A DNA stretch of 32,000 bases from Zymomonas mobilis subsp. mobilis ATCC 10988 (GTDB taxonomy: Bacteria > Pseudomonadota > Alphaproteobacteria > Sphingomonadales > Sphingomonadaceae): the NCBI RefSeq assembly GCF_000175255.2, contig NC_017262.1:1320001-1352000 (forward strand), given 5' to 3'. The position numbers and the translations under genes were made by a program. Of this stretch, positions 19,123 through 29,000 are shown piece by piece; the stretch's first letter is position 1; every line of letters starts with the position of its first letter. Under the pieces are notes generated by a model, which did not search any database, was not told the origin of the DNA, and worked only from the letters and a program-made list of their open reading frames with translations.

Positions 19123-19439
19123 TCACCATGATCGGCGGCTATCTCCTCCATATGATGATTCCGCTAATCATTGTTACCGGATTAATAATACTGTCTCTCT
19201 GGCTACTGAAGAAATTCAACCTATTGCCATCCTTGCAAGCAAATTTTCCGCAGAAGGGAAGTGCAATAAAGCTGATTGAAACCCTTCGGTTAGGTCGTAG
19301 ACAGCAACTGGTTGTCATTGAATTTTCTAATAAAAAATTATTATTGGCAGTAACAGATACAAAAGTCAGTTGTTTATCCGAAACTGATAAATCACCATCT
19401 TTCTCTTTACCTGATATACCCGAAATAGGGGATAAATAA
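19119..19439 (+). CDS. fliO: Flagellar biosynthetic protein FliO-like
   Basis: 106 aa. One TM then AIKLIETLRLGRRQQLVVIEFSNKKLLLAVTDTKVSCL, between fliN and fliP. Confidence 0.8.
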   Translation: MITMIGGYLLHMMIPLIIVTGLIILSLWLLKKFNLLPSLQANFPQKGSAIKLIETLRLGRRQQLVVIEFSNKKLLLAVTDTKVSCLSETDKSPSFSLPDIPEIGDK

Positions 19440-19443
19440 TCTA

Positions 19444-20394
19444 ATGGCGGCCGCTAATTATAAACAGCCTATCACTGTTTTTCCTGATCAATGGGAGAAA
19501 AAACAGTTTGAAAAATTGAGCAATTCAAAAATACGGCTTTTTCTAATTGGTTCATTATTTTTCTTATCCCCATTGGCACCTGCAATGGCGCAACATGCGC
19601 CAACAGCGCCTCATGCTTCCGCTGCAGCAAAATCATCGGTGGTTTCTCAACCAAAACCTCCGGCACCACCAATGCCACCTTCTTCACCGGCAAATGATCG
19701 CAATGCGGGAGCCAGTAGTGCCGCATTTAGTAAAGGAATGAATACTTTCCTCAATAATGGGAAGCCGCTGACTCTATCGCTGCAAATCTTATTGCTGATG
19801 ACTTTAATGACGGTGCTGCCGTCTATCATCCTCATGATGACGAGCTTTACCCGCATTATTATTGTGCTGTCATTATTACGTCAGGCGATAGGCTTGCAAC
19901 AGACGCCGCCTAATCAGGTATTGATTGGATTAGCCTTATTTCTTTCACTCTTTGTGATGCGACCAGTTTTAGATCAGATCAATACAACGGCTTTTTCTCC
20001 CTATGGTCGGGGCGAAATCCAAATAGAAGAAGCTATTATGCGTTCTGGTACGGCTTTGCATGGTTTTATGACTAAGCAGACCCGTAAAAATGATCTGCAG
20101 CTTTTTACAGATTTGGCTCACCATCCACGCTATGAAAATGCAGAATCTATTCCCTTTACTGTGTTGGTGCCTTCATTCGTAACCAGTGAGTTAAAGACCG
20201 CTTTTGAAATCGGATTTCTGATTTTTTTGCCTTTTATTATTATTGATATTGTCGTGGCTTGTACATTAACGGCTTTAGGTATGATGATGTTGTCACCACA
20301 AATCATTTCTGCACCGTTTAAATTGCTATTATTTATTATGGTCGATGGTTGGGCTTTAACAGTCGGCTCTTTGGCAGGGTCATTTATTCAATGA
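19444..20394 (+). CDS. fliP: Flagellar export gate protein FliP
   Basis: 316 aa. MTLMTVLPSIILMMTSFTRIIIVLSLLRQAIGLQQTPPNQVLIGLALFLSLFVM, LGMMMLSPQIISAPFKLLLFIMVDGW. Extended Pro/Ala-rich N-terminal region. Confidence 0.96.
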   Translation: MAAANYKQPITVFPDQWEKKQFEKLSNSKIRLFLIGSLFFLSPLAPAMAQHAPTAPHASAAAKSSVVSQPKPPAPPMPPSSPANDRNAGASSAAFSKGMNTFLNNGKPLTLSLQILLLMTLMTVLPSIILMMTSFTRIIIVLSLLRQAIGLQQTPPNQVLIGLALFLSLFVMRPVLDQINTTAFSPYGRGEIQIEEAIMRSGTALHGFMTKQTRKNDLQLFTDLAHHPRYENAESIPFTVLVPSFVTSELKTAFEIGFLIFLPFIIIDIVVACTLTALGMMMLSPQIISAPFKLLLFIMVDGWALTVGSLAGSFIQ

Positions 20395-20666
20395 GCAGCG
20401 ATCCCGATTATTTCATTGGTGTCGCCCAACAGGCGATGTGGATTACAGCCTTGGCTATTGCGCCGATATTGATACCGGCTTTGTTAATTGGCCTCTTTAT
20501 TGGTATGATACAGGCAGCAACCTCTCTTAATGAGCAGATATTAAGCTTTTTACCAAAACTGGTTGTTATTGCTCTAGTTTTAGCTTTATTCGGTGGCAGC
20601 ATCTTTGGCTTGATTGTTGATTTCATGCATGAAACCTATGGTCGAATTCCAGATTTAGTGCGCTAA
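20391..20666 (+). CDS. fliQ: Flagellar export gate protein FliQ
   Basis: MSSDPDYFIGVAQQAMWITALAIAPILIPALLIGLFIGMIQAATSLNEQILSFLPKLVVIALVLALFG. ATG at 20391 overlaps the fliP stop; the provided ORF begins at 20349. Confidence 0.95.
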   Translation: MSSDPDYFIGVAQQAMWITALAIAPILIPALLIGLFIGMIQAATSLNEQILSFLPKLVVIALVLALFGGSIFGLIVDFMHETYGRIPDLVR

Positions 20667-20679
20667 TGAGTGCTTGGCG

Positions 20680-21477
20680 ATGATACCCGCGCATCTTGCA
20701 GAAATAGAGAATTATCTCTGGATCTGGTTAATTGCTTTGCTACGCCCTGGAGCTGCTTTTGTAGCAGCACCGTTATTGGGGGCAAATGCTTTTCCAGTAA
20801 CGGTGCGTGTTATGCTTGCATTAGCAGTAGGTTTACCGTCAGTTATGGACGCCCATTTGATTTTACCTGATTCTGGACTGGTTTCTTTTACAGGATTATT
20901 TCTGGTGGTAGGGGAAATCATTACAGGTATTGCCATAGGCTTCGCTGTTCAGATTGGTTACGCTGCTGGATACTGCACCAGTGAGTTAATTGGTAATGCT
21001 ATGGGGCTAGGATTCGCTTCTATGATCGATCCTGTCAACGGTAGCAATTCTAACGTTTTAACCCAAATTTTTACTATTTTGGGGGCTTTCTTCTTTCTGG
21101 CTGCCGATGGCCATTTACTTTTGATTCGTATTATTGTCGAAAGTTATCAGACAATGCCTGTTGGAGGTCCTGGACTGAATAATCAGCTTTTCTTAAAGCT
21201 AACCCAATTTGCGGGGCAGCTTTTTTCGATAGGCATGCTGATTGCTTTGCCCGTGACATTTTCAATTATTCTTATTCAAGTCATGATGGGTTTTCTGTCG
21301 AGAACAGCTCCAGCCCTTAATCTTTTTGCAGTAGGCATGCCGATGGCGCTTATCATTGGTATTTTATTAATCGCTATTTCTGTCCCAGCGATTAGTGAAG
21401 GTGTTATTGATGCTATTCGCTCTGGTCTTGATATGGCCGATAAGCTAGCAAAAACGGGGGCGGGACATGGCGGATAG
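20680..21477 (+). CDS. fliR: Flagellar export gate protein FliR
   Basis: MIPAHLAEIENYLWIWLIALLRPGAAFVAAPLLGA, and GEIITGIAIGFAVQIGYAAGYCTSELIGNAMGLGFASMIDP. The provided ORF starts 20674 with TTG; ATG 20680 looks equally plausible. Confidence 0.93.
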   Translation: MIPAHLAEIENYLWIWLIALLRPGAAFVAAPLLGANAFPVTVRVMLALAVGLPSVMDAHLILPDSGLVSFTGLFLVVGEIITGIAIGFAVQIGYAAGYCTSELIGNAMGLGFASMIDPVNGSNSNVLTQIFTILGAFFFLAADGHLLLIRIIVESYQTMPVGGPGLNNQLFLKLTQFAGQLFSIGMLIALPVTFSIILIQVMMGFLSRTAPALNLFAVGMPMALIIGILLIAISVPAISEGVIDAIRSGLDMADKLAKTGAGHGG

Positions 21478-22609
21478 TGACGTCGATCAAGACCAAAAAA
21501 CCGAGGCACCTACTCAAAAACGTTTAAGAGAGGTTGCTGAAAAAGGGGATGTCCTCCAATCAAAGGAATTGGGGATTGCCTTTGCGATGTTGGCCTCTTT
21601 GGCATGGTTTTTAATGATTAGTCATAGGATGGTTTATGACTTAGGCATCATGCTAAAAATGGGACTCTCTTTCGATTTTAATGCTTTTAGTAAATTTGAT
21701 CCTTTCTCGGTCTTTATCCGTCTGATTACTTGCATTATTCTGCCTTTTTCGATGCTGTTTGTTCTGATGGCTTTTGCTGCAATTGCAGCGCCAGCAGTAT
21801 TGGGATCTTTAGGCTTTAGATGGGAAGCCTTGAATTTTAAACCTGAAAGACTGAATCCTATTGCCGGTTTTTCCCGTGTCTTTGGCATGCAAGGGCTTTT
21901 TGAGCTCGGCAAGTCGATTGTAAAAGTCCTTCTGATAGGAAGCCTCGGACTTTGGATTTTATGGCAACGCCTGCCTGTCATTATGCAATTGGGCCGTCAC
22001 GACTTAAAAGCAGCGATAAACGAAATTGGGCATATATTTTTGATATTGGTATTGGTGATGTCGGTAGCTTTGGCTGTCGTTGCTGCAATTGATGTCCCTA
22101 TTCAGATTTTTCGACGTAATCGCCGTCTCCGTATGAGTAAACAAGAAATTAAAGATGAACATAAACAGACAGAAGGCTCTCCTGAAATAAAAGCAGCAGT
22201 TAGACAAAGACAAATTGCTGTGTTTCGGGCTTCTAATCGTAAGGCTGTGCAAGATTCTACTGTTGTTATTACGAATCCGACTCATTTTGCTGTGGCCTTA
22301 AAGTATAAGGCTGGAGAAGATATTGCGCCTATTGTGACAGCAAAAGGCATAGATGAGCTGGCGCTAGCTTTACGGGAAATGGCGGATGAAAGCGATGTTC
22401 CTGTTTTGCATTATCCGCTTTTGGCGAGAGCTATCTATTTTACGTCCAATTCTGGTGAGTTGATACGGGAAGAGTTATACAAAGCTGTTGCATCTATTTT
22501 AGCTTTTATCTTTCGCTTGAATGCTGGAGAGGAAGGTCTAACGCTGCCTGTTATTGATGTTCCAGAAGAAGTCCGTTTCGATGAAAATGGCCATCAGGCA
22601 AAAAAATAG
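21467..22609 (+). CDS. flhB: Flagellar export switch protein FlhB
   Basis: 380 aa. KTEAPTQKRLREVAEKGDVLQSKEL and autocleavage motif region TVVITNPTHFAVALKYKAGEDIAPIVTAKG. Confidence 0.97.
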   Translation: MADSDVDQDQKTEAPTQKRLREVAEKGDVLQSKELGIAFAMLASLAWFLMISHRMVYDLGIMLKMGLSFDFNAFSKFDPFSVFIRLITCIILPFSMLFVLMAFAAIAAPAVLGSLGFRWEALNFKPERLNPIAGFSRVFGMQGLFELGKSIVKVLLIGSLGLWILWQRLPVIMQLGRHDLKAAINEIGHIFLILVLVMSVALAVVAAIDVPIQIFRRNRRLRMSKQEIKDEHKQTEGSPEIKAAVRQRQIAVFRASNRKAVQDSTVVITNPTHFAVALKYKAGEDIAPIVTAKGIDELALALREMADESDVPVLHYPLLARAIYFTSNSGELIREELYKAVASILAFIFRLNAGEEGLTLPVIDVPEEVRFDENGHQAKK

Positions 22610-22710
22610 ACCGAAAAAACAAAGAACCAAACAGACCAAAGATTATGATTGGTTGGTAATATTTAACTTTAGGCCTCTTCTGTCGTTATGAAGGGTGAAA
22701 GGATTGTTTT

Positions 22711-24405
22711 ATGACAAGCTCAACTTCTGGCGTAACATCTACATCCTCATCGACGGCAGCGACCACGGCGGCAACAACGTCTTCGTCTTCTACGTCTACC
22801 TTGTCTTCTATCTTGACAACTTTGGGTGCTGGGTCAGGTCTTGATACCACAAATTTAGTTAATGAGCTTGTCGCTGCGTCTCAAGATCCAATCCAACAAC
22901 AATTGGATACGCAAAGCACAACCAACTCCAATCGGATATCAGCTTTAGGCACTATTACTTCTGATCTTAGTGCTTTAAACACTTCTTTATCTTCTTTGGT
23001 AAGTGGGGGGTCTCTTTTAACGCAGCCTAGCGTTTCTGATACCTCTGTTTTAACCGCAACTGCTGAAAGCGGATCGAGATTAAGCAACCTTTCTGGATCT
23101 ATTAAAGTTGAGCAGTTAGCACAGGCACAAAGTATTAGCACAACAGCTTATGATAGCAGCAAGACCTTTGATGCTGGCACGCTCACTTTTACAAACAGCT
23201 ATGGTAGTGCAACAGTTCCAATTGATGCCGGTTCATCGCTTTCAGATGTAGCCAAAGCTATCAACAAGAAGCAGGCTGGTTTTACGGCTACAGTTTTAAC
23301 CCAGTCGTCTGGCCAGCAACAGTTGATGATTACCGGTATGACCGGTGACGCTTATGGTTTTAGCGTATCCGGTTCAGGTGGTGCTTCTGATATCAATTAT
23401 GATAAAAGTGCCAATAGTGGTAGCATGACTGTCAATGTTGCCGCGCAGGATGCCAAGCTTTCTTATAATAATGTTGAGGTTACTCGTAGTTCTAATACAT
23501 TTGATGATTTGATTTCGGGTGTTAGTATCAATTTGAAATCGGCTTCATCACAACCCGTGACTTTGGGATCAACGCGTCAGACAAGCAATGTTCGGCAGGC
23601 GGTTCTTAACTTTGTCGATGCTTATAACGAGCTTTATTCTGATATCAGCACTAATACCGCGATTGGAACATCTTCAAGCAGTGCTGGTGCGTTGGCTAAT
23701 GATGCTGGGGTACGTACTCTTAAAAGTTCTCTGAACAGTATGATTAACCAGAAGCTGTCTTCGACTGGCAGCTATTCGACTTTAGGCGAGATTGGTGTTT
23801 CTATCAATCGTGATGGAACGTTGACGGCTGATACAACGCAATTGGATACAGCCCTGGCAAATGATCCCGATTCTGTTGAAGCCCTATTCAACCCGACCCA
23901 AAGTACGAGTAATTCAGCGGTTTCTATTACCAGTAGCATTGGTAAGGTTACACCGGGTACCTACAAACTGTCTGATGTGACTTATGATGAATCCGGTAAT
24001 ATTACCGGTGCCAAGTTGAATGGTAAGGACATGCTGGTCTCGGGGAAAAGCTTGATTGCTTCTTCTGATTCCACTGCCGCGGGTTTGGTCTTAAAAATTA
24101 GTGGTACGAGTGTTACTGATTCGACGATTTCAATTGATGCTGGGGTCGGAGGTGCTGTTAATCAGCTTTATACTCAGATGACCTCTTCTGGCGGAGCTCT
24201 AACGGCCAGTAAGAATACTTATACGAAGGTAGCTTCCGCTATTACTCAGAAGGAAACCGATCTTACTTCCAAAATGAGCACGTATCGGACTAGATTGACG
24301 ACACAATTTACAGCTATGAATACGGCGGTTTCTGGCTATAAATCGACCTTGAGTTTCCTGAAACAGCAGATTTCTCTGTGGACGAAAGACAGTTCTAGTA
24401 GCTAG
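22711..24405 (+). CDS. fliD: Flagellar filament cap protein FliD
   Basis: 564 aa. GLDTTNLVNELVAASQDPIQQQLDTQ, AQDAKLSYNNVEVTRSSNTFDDLISGVSINLKSAS, C-terminal ERETDLTSKMSTYRTRLTTQFTAMNTAVS-like coiled coil, followed by fliS. Confidence 0.93.
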   Translation: MTSSTSGVTSTSSSTAATTAATTSSSSTSTLSSILTTLGAGSGLDTTNLVNELVAASQDPIQQQLDTQSTTNSNRISALGTITSDLSALNTSLSSLVSGGSLLTQPSVSDTSVLTATAESGSRLSNLSGSIKVEQLAQAQSISTTAYDSSKTFDAGTLTFTNSYGSATVPIDAGSSLSDVAKAINKKQAGFTATVLTQSSGQQQLMITGMTGDAYGFSVSGSGGASDINYDKSANSGSMTVNVAAQDAKLSYNNVEVTRSSNTFDDLISGVSINLKSASSQPVTLGSTRQTSNVRQAVLNFVDAYNELYSDISTNTAIGTSSSSAGALANDAGVRTLKSSLNSMINQKLSSTGSYSTLGEIGVSINRDGTLTADTTQLDTALANDPDSVEALFNPTQSTSNSAVSITSSIGKVTPGTYKLSDVTYDESGNITGAKLNGKDMLVSGKSLIASSDSTAAGLVLKISGTSVTDSTISIDAGVGGAVNQLYTQMTSSGGALTASKNTYTKVASAITQKETDLTSKMSTYRTRLTTQFTAMNTAVSGYKSTLSFLKQQISLWTKDSSSS

Positions 24406-24445
24406 TGGAAACGTCAAGGGCTTGGGAGGTTATAAACCGTAGAAG

Positions 24446-24835
24446 ATGAGTTATTCACCTTTTTCACGGGCTGCAGCCCGATATCGGGATGTAGATATTG
24501 ATTCAAAGGTAATGAATGCAACGCCTCATGGGTTGATTACATTGCTGTATGAAGAGTTGATCCGTGAATTTAATGTTTATAAATCGGCCTTGGAACAGGG
24601 CGATCGGGAAAAACGCTATCAAGCACAGGCAAAGATTTTTCGTCTGATTGGTAACCTTGAAAGTTCTCTGGATTTTGAAAAGGGGGGCGAAGTCGCAAGA
24701 AGCCTCTTTCGGAGTTATGCTTATATAAGACATAATTTTGGACAGACGATTAAGACTTTAGATCCTGTGCCGCTGAAAGACGCCCAAAAAGCTGTTGCTG
24801 ATTTGCTTTCTGCTTGGACAGAAATCGGTCAGTAG
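24446..24835 (+). CDS. fliS: Flagellin export chaperone FliS
   Basis: 129 aa. AAARYRDVDIDSKVMNATPHGLITLLYEELIREFNVYKSALEQGD. Confidence 0.93.
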   Translation: MSYSPFSRAAARYRDVDIDSKVMNATPHGLITLLYEELIREFNVYKSALEQGDREKRYQAQAKIFRLIGNLESSLDFEKGGEVARSLFRSYAYIRHNFGQTIKTLDPVPLKDAQKAVADLLSAWTEIGQ

Positions 24836-24863
24836 CGCTTGATTAACAAGATAATTTTGTAAT

Positions 24864-24897
24864 AAAAAGGCTCACTTCTAATGAAGTGAGCCTTTTT
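24864..24897. terminator. Bidirectional rho-independent terminator between convergent fliS and the PerM-type gene
   Basis: AAAAAGGCTCACTTC-TAAT-GAAGTGAGCCTTTTT: perfect 15-bp arms with A/T flanks on both sides. Confidence 0.92.
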
Positions 24898-24927
24898 ATA
24901 TTTTAGAGAGAATGTGTCCGCGGCTCT

Positions 24928-25998
24928 TTAGCCTTCATTTAAATGGGGCGGGTCTGCAATATCGCGCCATATCATAATCAGGACGGCCATCAGTGCAGGA
25001 CCTAGGAATAAGCCCAATAATCCAAAAGTTTCTATGCCACCAAGAATTCCGATTAGAACCCATAAAAAAGGTAATCGGGTTGCACCACCGATAAGAATCG
25101 GGCGTACTACGTGATCGGCAATCATCAGAATTAACATTCCTAGAGCAACAACTGTAATCGCTGCCCCTATATGACCTTGTGAGGCCAAAATAGCCGCAAC
25201 AATACAAAACATAACTGGTGCACAAAAAGGAATAATGGCTGCAATAGCTGTCATTCCTCCAAACATAACAGCGTGAGGTGTGCCGGTAAAAACATAAATG
25301 ATGCCCAGCAGAACGCCTTCGCCCAGTCCAACCAGCACCAGCCCGTCTAACGTGCCACGAACAGATAAAACAACTTGGTGGGCAAAACGCTCCATATCCG
25401 GACCCATTAAACGACGACTAACATTCAAGAACATTTTTTGTAATTCAGAGCCCGAACGAAAAAGAAAAAAGAGGCTCATCAGTGTAAAAAAGAAAGTGGT
25501 AATACGTCTTGCTACATTCATGCCGAAAGCACGGCTATGGTTAATTACATTCCCATTTAATAGCTGATGCAGCGATATCTGGCTGCCATCAGAAGAAGGC
25601 GCAAAAAACTGGTGCCATTTATTAACAAGATTCCCACCAAAAAAAGGTATCCTGCCAAGCCAGTCTGGGGGTGCTGTATCCTGATTTTTTAAATCTTGGA
25701 AAAAATGAATAGCAGCCTGAAAATCATTCATGATTTCAAATGCAAAAAATAATAGCGGCAAAATAAGTGTGACACCAATTGCAAGGGTTGCCAAAGCTGG
25801 TGCCAGTATTTTTTCATGTTTTGATCCCATGGACTCTTTGAGTTTGAGCCATAGCGGCCAAAAGGCAATGGCAATCACAATACTCCAGATCAGAGCCGGC
25901 CAAAAATGACGGATTGTCCATAGTCCTAAGCCTATAATGCCCGCAAAAAAAATAAATCTAAAAGTATATTGAGGCCGGCTTGCCATATTGAAATCCAT
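24928..25998 (-). CDS. AI-2E transporter/PerM family membrane protein
   Basis: 356 aa multi-TM protein with LVGLGEGVLLGIIYVFTGTPHAVMFGGMTAIAAIIPFCAPV and LPFLWVLIGILGGIETFGLLGLFLGPALMAVLIMIWRD. Confidence 0.85.
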   Translation of the reverse strand: MDFNMASRPQYTFRFIFFAGIIGLGLWTIRHFWPALIWSIVIAIAFWPLWLKLKESMGSKHEKILAPALATLAIGVTLILPLLFFAFEIMNDFQAAIHFFQDLKNQDTAPPDWLGRIPFFGGNLVNKWHQFFAPSSDGSQISLHQLLNGNVINHSRAFGMNVARRITTFFFTLMSLFFLFRSGSELQKMFLNVSRRLMGPDMERFAHQVVLSVRGTLDGLVLVGLGEGVLLGIIYVFTGTPHAVMFGGMTAIAAIIPFCAPVMFCIVAAILASQGHIGAAITVVALGMLILMIADHVVRPILIGGATRLPFLWVLIGILGGIETFGLLGLFLGPALMAVLIMIWRDIADPPHLNEG

Positions 25999-26046
25999 AT
26001 GAGAGATAAAAAATCAGTAAATTTTTATATAATTTATATTAGTAAT

Positions 26047-29000
26047 TTATTTATTACTTTCTGTCTGGACATGACCTGACCTTTCCAATTTGTCCCATCC
26101 GACCTTGGGGCCTCGGATAGCTTGTGTTAAGGCTTTAATGACAACATAATACATTATCTGACGATAACCGATCCGTTGTGGAATCAAGAGCCATAATAGA
26201 GACCATTTCTCTTTCCGCTCCAAGGCAAAAGCGACGACTCCAGACATTAAATCGATAAGTGTAAAAACGCTCCAGTAAGCCGCCATTTTTTGGAGATCGT
26301 CCCCTTGTTGCACCCAGCCATGTTGATAGACTGCGAAAACAGTAGCCATAATGCTGATAACTAAAGCAAGGTCGATAATAGGCGATATAGTTGCGAACCC
26401 GATTTGAAAGATTAGAGATTGTGGCAGCCCTATATAAGCCAATCCTTTCGGGCGGCGATTTTTGATAATCGACCAGTGTTTCCAAAGACATTGCAATGTT
26501 CCAAAAGCCCAGCGGAAACGTTGACGTGCAAGAGCTCGAATGGTTTCTGGCGCTTCTGTCCAAGCAACAGCATAGGGATCATAACGTACTGCCCAATCAT
26601 GTTCTTGGATAATAATGGTTAAATCTTGATCTTCAGCCAAAGTTTGATCAGGGAAACCTCCAACCTGACGCAGAGTCTCTGCCCGCCATGCCCCGACGGC
26701 ACCGGGCACAACCGTCATAGCATTTAAAAGAACCGTTGCTCGTCTCTCAAGATTTTGAGCTGTGATATATTCTAGTGCTTGCCAACGTGTGATCAGATTA
26801 ATCCGATTGCCAACTTTGGCATTACCAGCAACTGCTCCTAATTTTGGATCAGAGAACCATCGCGTTAGACGGGCAATTGTCCGTGGCTCAAAATGCGTAT
26901 CTGCATCAAGAGCTATAATAATTTCACCTTTCGCTTTTTGAACGCCGTGGTTCAATGCGCGCGCTTTCCCGCCATTGGAAAGCCGGATAAGCTGAACACG
27001 AGGATCATCAGCAAATTGGCTTTCAACAATTTGAGAACTGTTATCGGTAGAGCCATCATCAATAACAATTACCTCGATATTATTAACCTCAGCACTGGCT
27101 AGGACACGCCGGATAGAGGCTTCAATAACAGCTTCTTCATTAAAGGCGGGGATAAGCACACTGATAGTGCGATCTGGATCGATAGGTGGGAAAATTAGCC
27201 GATTTTCTTTCCGTGCTTGGATGATCGAAAAAGCGGAAAGAAATAAAGCACGCAAAATACCCAAGGTGATTGCAATTGCGAATATCCACCGAAGCGCAAT
27301 AACGGAGGCCCCAAGGCAAGAAAAAAGAGCAAAATTCCATCTTGCTGAAACGCGTTCAACCGGACTCAAGGGGGGCATCGCATCGTCACGTTTGAGATTG
27401 ATAAGATCTGAAACTAAAACCAGTTTATAGCCATTTGCCCGTAATTGATGAATGATATCAGGCAGAGCTGCTATGGTTTGTGTGCGATCACCACCAGAAT
27501 CATGTAAAAGAACGATCTGGGCACTATGCTGGCTAGTTGCCTGTTTGACCTGTTCCATAACTCTCTCAATGATCTCATCCTTTTTTGGCCGTTGCCAGTC
27601 ATTGGGGTCAACATGGAGTCCAACAGAAAGATAGCCCAATTTTTGCGCCGCATAGACGGGATCAATCTCGTCGGCTGTTGTCGGTTCAGCATCTCCGAAA
27701 AAAGGAGCGCGAAAAAGGCGCAATGAATGTCCGGTAAAAGCTTGGAAAAGGCGTTGAGTAGCATTAACTTCAATAATTGTACTATTGGCGCTGGCCATAC
27801 CCAAATTAGGATGGGTATAGGTATGATTACCTACTTCATGGCCTTCTTTTATTTCTCGTAATAATAAGTTGCGATTGGTAAGCGCATTTTCACCGATAAT
27901 GAAGAAGGTCGCTGGTGCATGTTCCTTTTTCAAAATATCGAGAATTTTAGGTGTCCATTTCTGGTCAGGGCCGTCATCAAAAGTTAAAGCAATCATGCCC
28001 GGACGATAACCCGCCCGTTCAATAGCATAGGGAAGGGGAATAGAGGAGAATCTTTCATCCGTAATTAGACCTTCTTTGTCGAGGTCAATTTGGCGCTCTC
28101 CTGCAACTGGACGACTGGCAACTCTTAGGACTTCTCCTGTGCCTTCGATATCAACTTCAGTACCTGCTGGAATATGACTTAATGCCTTGACGGGATCAGC
28201 AACTATTGCTGTGTCATTAGCACCATTATGGATTAAATGACCTTTCCCAAAAATATTCCACAGTGACGGATCTTCTGAACCAAGACGCCATAAGGCTAGA
28301 GCATTGAATCCCAGATGGTGCGACATTTTAGTCTGGTTATAAAAACTGACAGCATCTAGCATCCACACATCATGTAAAATACCGGCTTCACTATAAGAAA
28401 AATGCGTGTTTCCAGTCTCCTTATCAAAGACTGGAACTGTCCCTGATTCATGTGCGGTAAGCCATGCCTGTTCGATAGATATAGCATCGGTATCGCTACC
28501 TTTTTTCCAATTATAGGCATATGAGCCTAAGGCAACGATCACTTTCTCTGGTGGTAGATTTTGGGTGGCTTGTTCTACAACATCAAGAAACCAGTCATTT
28601 GAGGCAATTGCGCCCGGTTCACCTTCTGGATAATGTTCATCGTAAGCCATTAAAATGAGTTTATCGCTTACATTAGCAACGGCTGATAAATTCCATGCCT
28701 CATCGGCAACAGGCACGGCGACGGTCAAAATCCAATGATGCGCAGAAAAACGATCGTGGGTTTCTTTTAGAAGTTGTAAATAAAAAGGCAGTGTTTGCTT
28801 GTTCAGAGATTCAAAGTCAAAAACAGCGCCGTCAGCCTGATTCTTAACTAAAAATTTTTCAATATTATTAAGAAATTGTAGTCGTGCAGCTGGGTCTCGC
28901 ATTAAAATAGCTGCATTTTTGCCATCCCATTCGCCATTACTAACATTTTGCACCATAGGCAAAATTTTAGGTTTCTGCTTGGCATTATTGATAATCGCAT

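Noticed and set aside
25298-25567. Plus-strand ORF within the AI-2E/PerM-type gene
   Set aside because: Shadow ORF opposite a clear membrane protein gene, and its translation has no protein-like features.
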